Assembly (NCBI RefSeq): GCF_008065095.1
Contig: NZ_CP042911.1
Span: forward strand, 2,550,001-2,582,000
Direction of reading: 5' to 3'
DNA: 32,000 bases
From: Gemmata obscuriglobus
GTDB lineage: Bacteria > Planctomycetota > Planctomycetia > Gemmatales > Gemmataceae
Below are positions 26,441-32,000 of this stretch, piece after piece. The translations under genes were made by a program, and so were the position numbers. Every line of letters starts with the position of its first letter. The stretch's first letter is position 1. The notes under the pieces were generated by a model. That model was not told where the DNA came from, made no database searches, and saw only the letters and a list, made by a program, of their open reading frames with translations.

Positions 26441-28504
26441 ATGTCGATCGAGTTCGCCTGCCCGACTTGTAGCGGCACGCTGCGCGTGGACGACGAATCC
26501 GCCGGCCGGTCGATCCGGTGCGGCGCGTGCTTGACCACGCTCCGGGTGCCGGACGCGGCGGCCGCGAATGCGGCGGCGGACGGGTTCCCGGAGCCCTCTG
26601 CGGCGGCCCCGAGTCCGGACGACCCGTTCGGGGGAACTCCGGAACCGCTGGCGGCGGTGCCGGTGTCCCGCCCTCGCGCCCGCGCCCGCACCGACCGCGA
26701 CCGTGAACCGGATCGGGACCCCGACCGCCCGCGCCGTCGGCGCCGGCCGCCGCCCCCGCCCGGGCGCGGCCCGCTGTTTTGGCTGGCCCTCGTGGCCGGG
26801 TTGGGCGCGTTACTGGTTTCCCTGTGCTGCGGCGGGCTGTACGTCGCGGTCCCGGGGGCGAAGTGGCGCGACCACCGGTCCGACAACGGCGGGTTCAAGG
26901 TGGAACTGCCGGCCGCGCCCCGCAAGGACATGGACCAGATCGCCGGGAACAACCCCGATCCGAACATGACCACGGAGGGCACCATCCTGTTCCGGGCGCT
27001 CGAGGAGTACGCGATCGTCTACGGCAACATCTCCCCGCAAGAGCGCCAACTGCTGAGCGACAAGGACCGCATCGACGCGGCGGTCCAGGCGATGAAGACC
27101 AGCGGCGAGGTGCGGTCGATCGTGAGCCAGAAGGAGATCACGGTGAACGGGTTCCCGGGCCGCGAGGTGGAGTTCAGCGGCCAGGGCGGGGGGCACTACG
27201 GGGTTCGCGTCGTCATCGCGGAGAGCCGGGTGTACGTGCTGGTGGCCGGGGGCAAGTTGACCCAGCCGGGCAACGCGAACGTGCGCCGGTTCCTGGACTC
27301 GTTCGAGATCACCGACCCGGCGCTGAAAGTGGCGGGGCAGAAGCGGATCGACGCCGAACGGGCGCGTGTGACCGCCGCCGAGCGCGCGCGCGCCGAGGTC
27401 GAACGAGCGACTCGGGCACGCGAGCAGCAGGACGCACGGAACGCGAGCCTGGCGGCGGCTCGCGAAACGCTTGCAGTGGCCGAGGGAGAGCAGCGCGAGG
27501 TGTTCCTTGCGATCGAGGCCGCCGCCCGTCGGCAGCGCGACATCGGCGCCGCTGGCGAACTGAGTACCGAAACCACCATCGACCTGGGAGAGGTGGCCCA
27601 GCGGGCGGCGATCGAGGCCCTCAAGGCCGTTCGGACCGGGGCCGAAGGGGCCGCGGCGGCGGCCCTTGCGATCGGGGAGCGCGAGAGGCGGTTCGCGGCG
27701 TTCGTGGCCGGTCCGGGGCGGTACACCGGGCGCCCGCCGGAACTGCCCGCCGAGCCGGCGCTGCGGCTCACGTTCGACGGCACCGCCGAGCAGCGCGTAA
27801 CCGCCGCGCCGGACGGCAAGCGGTTCCCGGTGCCGGCCGGCGCGGCGTTCGCCGAAGGGCCGAGCGGCACCGCCCTCTACCTGCCCCCCGGCACCCGGGC
27901 AGATCTGATCGCGCTGCCCCCGGTCGGGAAGCTCACGCGCGGGTCGGCGCTCACCGTTTCGGCGTGGGTGAAGACCACGGCCCCGGACATTGAGGTGTTC
28001 CGGTTCGGGTGCCAGGGCAAAGCCCGCTGGGACACGCTCTCGGTGCGCGTCACCGGGACGCTGACGTACGTGCAAGAGATCGACGGCCTACCGGAGCGGT
28101 TCGCCAAACTCACCGCGCCCTCGATCGCGGACGGCCGCTGGCACCACGTCGCGGTCACGCGCGAGGAGGTCGCCGCGCCCCGGCGCGGCGAGCAAACGAC
28201 CTTTTACGTGGACGGCAAGCAGGTGGGGCGGTCCGTCGGGGCCGGCGGACCGGATCGGACGGCGGCGTTCTGTCCGCTGGCCCTGGGTATTCCACCGGTG
28301 AAACGCCCCGTCGTACCGGGTGGGATCGTCGGACCGGGCGGCCCGCCTGTGCCGGGGAGCGTTATCGTTCTCGACGACGTGCAGAACTTCGCGGTTGATG
28401 AGGTGTGCGTGTTCGCGGAGGCGCTGAGTGAGTCCGCCGTCCGCAAACTCGCCGGGGTGCCCTCGCTTCCGGTGGCGCCGGCCCCGCGGCCCGCAGGCAA
28501 GTGA
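26441..28504 (+). CDS. Membrane-anchored protein: N-terminal double-CxxC zinc ribbon, Arg/Pro/Asp-rich linker, one TM helix, globular domain, coiled coil, C-terminal LamG-like domain
   Basis: ATG at 26441. The zinc ribbon is MSIEFACPTCSGTLRVDDESAGRSIRCGACLTTLRV. The linker is RPRARARTDRDREPDRDPDRPRRRRRPPPPPG. The TM helix is LFWLALVAGLGALLVSLCCGGLYVAV. The coiled coil is ERARVTAAERARAEVERATRAREQQDARN. The LamG-like part is SALTVSAWVKTTAPDIEVFRFG...DGRWHHVAVTRE...TTFYVDGKQVG. Confidence 0.8.
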   Translation: MSIEFACPTCSGTLRVDDESAGRSIRCGACLTTLRVPDAAAANAAADGFPEPSAAAPSPDDPFGGTPEPLAAVPVSRPRARARTDRDREPDRDPDRPRRRRRPPPPPGRGPLFWLALVAGLGALLVSLCCGGLYVAVPGAKWRDHRSDNGGFKVELPAAPRKDMDQIAGNNPDPNMTTEGTILFRALEEYAIVYGNISPQERQLLSDKDRIDAAVQAMKTSGEVRSIVSQKEITVNGFPGREVEFSGQGGGHYGVRVVIAESRVYVLVAGGKLTQPGNANVRRFLDSFEITDPALKVAGQKRIDAERARVTAAERARAEVERATRAREQQDARNASLAAARETLAVAEGEQREVFLAIEAAARRQRDIGAAGELSTETTIDLGEVAQRAAIEALKAVRTGAEGAAAAALAIGERERRFAAFVAGPGRYTGRPPELPAEPALRLTFDGTAEQRVTAAPDGKRFPVPAGAAFAEGPSGTALYLPPGTRADLIALPPVGKLTRGSALTVSAWVKTTAPDIEVFRFGCQGKARWDTLSVRVTGTLTYVQEIDGLPERFAKLTAPSIADGRWHHVAVTREEVAAPRRGEQTTFYVDGKQVGRSVGAGGPDRTAAFCPLALGIPPVKRPVVPGGIVGPGGPPVPGSVIVLDDVQNFAVDEVCVFAEALSESAVRKLAGVPSLPVAPAPRPAGK

Positions 28505-28540
28505 CTTCTACCACTCGCGATTGAAAAGTATCGGTGATGG

Positions 28541-28618
28541 GGGTCACACCCGCCGGCTGACACCGGCGGTTCGACTGTGGCTCGTCGAACCGCCGGTGTC
28601 AGCCGGCGGGTGTGACCC
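28541..28618. repeat. 35-bp perfect GC-rich inverted repeat (8-nt spacer) between convergent genes; candidate bidirectional terminator
   Basis: Base-by-base check: the reverse complement of 28541-28575 (gggtcacacccgccggctgacaccggcggttcgac) is identical to 28584-28618. The spacer is tgtggctc. Each arm contains its own 7-bp hairpin (ccgccgg ctgaca ccggcgg). It lies 37 nt after the plus-strand stop (28504) and 25 nt after the minus-strand stop (28643). Confidence 0.9.
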
Positions 28619-28642
28619 ACGTCGCTGCCGAACGGTTACTCT

Positions 28643-29845
28643 TCAAGCGGGATTTGGTATCACGCCCCCCTTCGCGGCGATCAGGCTCGCGAGGAACCCG
28701 ACCGAGTCGCCGCGGGACTTCGCCGCGTCCGCCAGCGCGCCGTAGTCGCCGACCCGGCGCGCCAGCTCGTTCACCCCGGGGCAGATCAGGTTGCGGTCGT
28801 CCTCCGCGAGCAGGAACTGCTTCGCGGCGTTGAGCGCGTCCCGTGAGCGGCCCGCTTTGAGAAGCAGGTTCACGTACACCTGGGCCGCGTAGGTCGCCCC
28901 CTCGGCGGCCTCGCGCGCGGCCTTGGCCGCGAACCGCGCGAGGCCCTCCTCCACCTGCTCGCCCGCGATCACGTTGAGGTAAGCGAGGTAGTCGTCGTAG
29001 TTCTCCTCGAACGGCGCGTCGTTGTGCCCCTGAAGGTTCGGCGCGAGCTTGCGCCCGTAGGCGCACAGCCCGCGGGCGCAGTCGAGCGCCGGGCCGGGCG
29101 CGAGGTGCGTGCTCATCTGCACCACGCTCGACAGGTGCGACGTGTCGATGTGGTACGCGTCCTCGGCGAACAGGTCCGGGTGCAACTCGACCAGCCGCGC
29201 CACCGGGAGCGGTTCGGTGAGCGCCACGCCCCGCGCCGTCAGGTCGCTCGTGAGGCGCTCGGTGAGTTGGGCGTGGAGTGCCGTCGCCAGCCGCGCCACG
29301 CAGTAGTCCCGCAGGTCCGCGTTCGCGCCCAGGTCGGACCCGCTCACCATCGTGATGGCCGAACAGATGCCGTGCCGGTCGAGCACGAGGTCGAATCCCT
29401 TCTTCGGCAGCACCCCGCCCTGCCACGCCACCTCAATGACCGGGTACACGTCGTCGTCCGGCCCGGGCGCGTACGCGGCCAGCGCCGCGCGCACCGGCTC
29501 GGGCTCGTCGAGCATGCGGAAGAACGCCCACGCCTTTGAGAACTCCTTGCGCTCCAGGAGCAGCCCGCCGACGTGGCGCGCGGCGGCGCGGATGGCGTCC
29601 TCGTAGGGCGCGTGGGTGTGCGCCGGGAGGTCGCCCGCCGCGCCGGTCGGGAACGGGGACACGCCGAGCCCGATGCGCGCTTTCATCAGCAGCGCGTAGA
29701 ACAGCCCCTGGAAGTCCTCGGCGGCGCGCAGCTCGGCGATCAGCTCGTCGACCGCGGCGGCCGGGCCGTGGGCCGCGAGGGTCGCGGTGAGTTTGTCGAG
29801 GGCGGCGCCGCCGAGCGCGGGCGCGGGTTCTGCGGGGTCGTACAT
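28643..29845 (-). CDS. Conserved-looking all-helical hypothetical protein (400 aa), divergent from the ECF sigma gene
   Basis: ATG at 29845 (cat at 29843-29845) gives MYDPAEPAPALGGAALDKL. The composition is balanced and helix-rich (ELRAAEDFQGLFYALLMKARIGL, FSKAWAFFRMLDEPEP, AYHIDTSHLSSVVQMS, NYDDYLAYLNVIAGEQVEEGLARF). I do not recognise a family. The 89 upstream codons of the track ORF are junk-like. Confidence 0.78.
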   Translation of the reverse strand: MYDPAEPAPALGGAALDKLTATLAAHGPAAAVDELIAELRAAEDFQGLFYALLMKARIGLGVSPFPTGAAGDLPAHTHAPYEDAIRAAARHVGGLLLERKEFSKAWAFFRMLDEPEPVRAALAAYAPGPDDDVYPVIEVAWQGGVLPKKGFDLVLDRHGICSAITMVSGSDLGANADLRDYCVARLATALHAQLTERLTSDLTARGVALTEPLPVARLVELHPDLFAEDAYHIDTSHLSSVVQMSTHLAPGPALDCARGLCAYGRKLAPNLQGHNDAPFEENYDDYLAYLNVIAGEQVEEGLARFAAKAAREAAEGATYAAQVYVNLLLKAGRSRDALNAAKQFLLAEDDRNLICPGVNELARRVGDYGALADAAKSRGDSVGFLASLIAAKGGVIPNPA

Positions 29846-30014
29846 GGGAACGGTTCCGGCGCACCGGCGCGGGCGGGGTGGTAGGTTAACCCAGTGTAGC
29901 GAGAACGCCGAACCGAAAGAAGCCGGCGCGGGCTGCGACCCTTTCGGGTGCGCGGGCGGGCCGTTAGAATGATTCGGCCCTTTTCGCGTGTACTCATCGC
30001 CCGGGAGCGCTGGT

Positions 30015-30641
30015 ATGAGCGCCGACTCCGCCGACACGACGCGCGTGACGCTGCTCCACCGGCTCCACCAGAACCCGGCCGACCAGCTCTCGTGGGGCGA
30101 GTTCTTTCGCACCTACAGCCCCGCCATCCGCGGGTGGCTGCTGCACTGGGGGCTCCAGGAGGCCGACGCCCAGGACGTGGCGCAGAACGTCCTGATGCGG
30201 CTCACGAAGAAGCTCCCGCAGTTCAAGTACGACCCGTCGAAGAGCTTCCGCGGGTGGCTCAAGACGCTGACGCACCACGCCTGGCACGACTTCGTCACGG
30301 AGGCCGGGTACCGGACCCGCGGGAGCGGCGACACCAGCGTCCTCGACCAGCTCCAGTCGGTCGAGGCGCGGGAGGACCTCGCCGCCCGGGTCGAAGCGAC
30401 GTTCGACCGGGAGCTGCTGGAAATGGCACTGGTGCGCGCCCGCGAGCGGGTGGCCGAGAACACCTGGCTGGCGTTCAAGCTGTCGGCGCTGGACGGCGTG
30501 GCCCCGCAAACGGTGGCGGACCAGGTCGGCATCCGGGTGTCGCAGGTGTACCTCGCGAAGCACCGGGTGCAGAAGCTCGTTCAGGAAGAGATCCGGGCGC
30601 TCGAAGGGGCGGACGGCGAGGACGAGCCCCGCCGCTCGTGA
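30015..30641 (+). CDS. ECF-type RNA polymerase sigma factor (sigma-70 family)
   Basis: ATG at 30015; the track start at 29988 is a GTG. The region 2-like part is TRVTLLHRL...WGEFFRTYSPAIRGWLLHWGLQEADAQDVAQNVLMRLTKKLPQFKYDPSKSFRGWLKTLTHHAWHDF. The region 4 HTH-like part is LDGVAPQTVADQVGIRVSQVYLAKHRVQKLVQEEI. Confidence 0.9.
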   Translation: MSADSADTTRVTLLHRLHQNPADQLSWGEFFRTYSPAIRGWLLHWGLQEADAQDVAQNVLMRLTKKLPQFKYDPSKSFRGWLKTLTHHAWHDFVTEAGYRTRGSGDTSVLDQLQSVEAREDLAARVEATFDRELLEMALVRARERVAENTWLAFKLSALDGVAPQTVADQVGIRVSQVYLAKHRVQKLVQEEIRALEGADGEDEPRRS

Positions 30642-30737
30642 GGCGCGACCGCTTCCGCGGCGCGAGACTTGACGCCACCGGTCGGGCTGAAGCCGACGCC
30701 ACCCCCTGCCTTCGTACCCCCACCCGACACCTCTCCC

Positions 30738-32000
30738 ATGCCCGACTGCCCTGACGACACCGAACTGGCCGGGTTCCTCAACGATTCGCTCGGGCCGGAG
30801 CGGGGCGCGTGCGTGTCGGGCCACGTGGACGGGTGCCCCGCGTGCCAGGCCCGGCTCGACCGGCTCACCGAGCAGACCAGCGGGGCCGTGGCCCGGTACC
30901 GCGAGCGGCCCCTGACGGAGCTGCCCGACGCGCGCTCGGGGGACGGCGCGCCGCACGCGGAGGCGGACACGCAGATCGTCGGCGCCCGGCCGGCGGTCGC
31001 GGTGTTCGGCGGCCCGCCGCCGGTGCCCGGGTTCGAGGTGCTCGGCGAGATCGGCCGCGGCGGCATGGGCGTCGTGTTCAAGGCCCGGCACCGGCGGCTC
31101 AACCGGCTGGTGGCGCTCAAGATGATCCTCTCCGGCGCCCCCGACGGCCGCGCGACGCAGCGGTTCCTCTTCGAGGGCGAGGTGCTCGCCCGGGTTCGGC
31201 ACCCGCAGGTGGTGACCGTGTTCGAGGTGGGCACCTACGAGGGGCCGAACCGCCTCCCGGTGCCGTACCTCGCGATGGAACTGCTCGAGGGCGGGTCGCT
31301 CGGGAGCCGGCTCCGCGCGGCCCACGAGGGGGCGGCCGAGCGGTTCAGCCCGCGCGCCGCCGCCGAACTGCTCGAAGGGCTGGCCCGGGCGGTCCACGTC
31401 GCGCACCTCCAGGGCGTCGTTCACCGCGACCTGAAGCCGGGCAACATTCTGTTCAGTGCGGACGACGGCGGGGCGGTGAAAACGGACGGCGTGTCCGGTT
31501 CGGCCACGCTTTCCACGCCTTACCCAGCGTTTCGGCCCAAGGTCACCGATTTCGGGCTCGCGAAACTCACACGGGACTCCGGGGCCGACCTGACGCAGAC
31601 GGGGCAGGTGCTCGGGACCCCGCAGTACATGGCCCCCGAGCAGGCGGCCGGCGCGCGCCAGATCGGCCCCGCGGCGGACGTGTACGCGCTGGGCGCGATC
31701 CTGTTCGAGTGCCTCGCCGGGCGCCCCCCGTTCGTCGGCACCGAGCCGATGAGCGTCATGCTCCGGGTGCTCAACGACCCGCCGCCGGACGTGCGCGCGC
31801 TGCGGCCGGACGTGCCCCGCGACCTGGCGGCGGTCGTGGCGACGTGCCTCGCGAAGGCGCCGGAGCGCCGGTACGCCTCGGCCGAGGCGCTCGCGGACGA
31901 CCTGCGCCGGTTCCTCGACGGGCGCCCCACCCAGGCGCGGCCGGTTACGAACCTGGAGCGGCTGTGGCTTTTGGCCCGGCGCAACCCGGCGGTCGCGGGG
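30738..32000 (+). CDS. Ser/Thr protein kinase with N-terminal zinc-finger anti-sigma-like motif (partial, continues past the window end)
   Basis: This ORF is absent from the supplied track because it is open-ended. My hand translation from the ATG at 30738 gives 421 codons with no stop: MPDCPDDTELAGFLNDSLGPERGACVSGHVDGCPACQARL (H-x3-C-x2-C), then the Hanks motifs GEIGRGGMGVVFKA, VALKMI, HRDLKPGNIL, DFGLAK, GTPQYMAPE, DVYALGAILFECLAGRPPF and RYASAEALADDLRRFLDG. Confidence 0.9.
   Translation, partial: MPDCPDDTELAGFLNDSLGPERGACVSGHVDGCPACQARLDRLTEQTSGAVARYRERPLTELPDARSGDGAPHAEADTQIVGARPAVAVFGGPPPVPGFEVLGEIGRGGMGVVFKARHRRLNRLVALKMILSGAPDGRATQRFLFEGEVLARVRHPQVVTVFEVGTYEGPNRLPVPYLAMELLEGGSLGSRLRAAHEGAAERFSPRAAAELLEGLARAVHVAHLQGVVHRDLKPGNILFSADDGGAVKTDGVSGSATLSTPYPAFRPKVTDFGLAKLTRDSGADLTQTGQVLGTPQYMAPEQAAGARQIGPAADVYALGAILFECLAGRPPFVGTEPMSVMLRVLNDPPPDVRALRPDVPRDLAAVVATCLAKAPERRYASAEALADDLRRFLDGRPTQARPVTNLERLWLLARRNPAVAG

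Noticed and set aside
29942-29970. Sigma-70-like -10 hexamer TAGAAT (29965..29970) upstream of the ECF sigma gene, and GGAAC motifs (for example at 29847) as ECF -35 elements
   Set aside because: No matching -35 (tttcgg at 17-nt spacing is poor) and no ECF-type -10 (CGT) lies at the proper spacing. Promoter consensus in this lineage is not established, so single-hexamer matches in a 170-nt region are expected by chance.

Overview
This is a very G+C-rich bacterial chromosomal segment. The gene content looks like Planctomycetota, Gemmataceae-like (inference from family content: a PSCyt/DUF1549/DUF1553 plus DUF1501 gene pair, a BBP7-type outer-membrane barrel, a DUF4058 protein, an ECF sigma factor coupled to a Ser/Thr kinase, and a large secreted protein with an LExLExR N-terminus). 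I call 22 protein-coding genes. They include housekeeping genes (pyruvate kinase, ATP phosphoribosyltransferase hisG), an Ntn-type penicillin/AHL-acylase family enzyme, an MBL-fold hydrolase, a fatty-acid hydroxylase/sterol desaturase family membrane enzyme, an alpha/beta hydrolase, and several secreted or membrane hypotheticals. I found no rRNA, tRNA, CRISPR array, transposase, integrase or recognisable defence or toxin cassette, and I see no convincing novel multi-gene system. The items most worth a second look are: (1) the ECF sigma factor followed by a kinase whose N-terminus carries an H-x3-C-x2-C anti-sigma-like zinc motif; this kinase ORF is absent from the supplied track because it runs off the window. 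(2) Four long intergenic hairpins placed 4 to 37 nt after stop codons. Two have perfect 35-36 bp arms, three have arms built from 7- or 9-nt tandem units, and one ends 2 nt before the hisG start codon. (3) A 1.1-kb apparently non-coding gap between convergent genes that contains a degenerate ~170-bp direct duplication. (4) A roughly 1140-aa secreted protein with no classical signal peptide. Most long ORFs in the six-frame track are Arg/Gly/Pro-rich shadow frames of the real genes. The track also renders GTG and TTG starts as M, so I re-derived several starts by hand.
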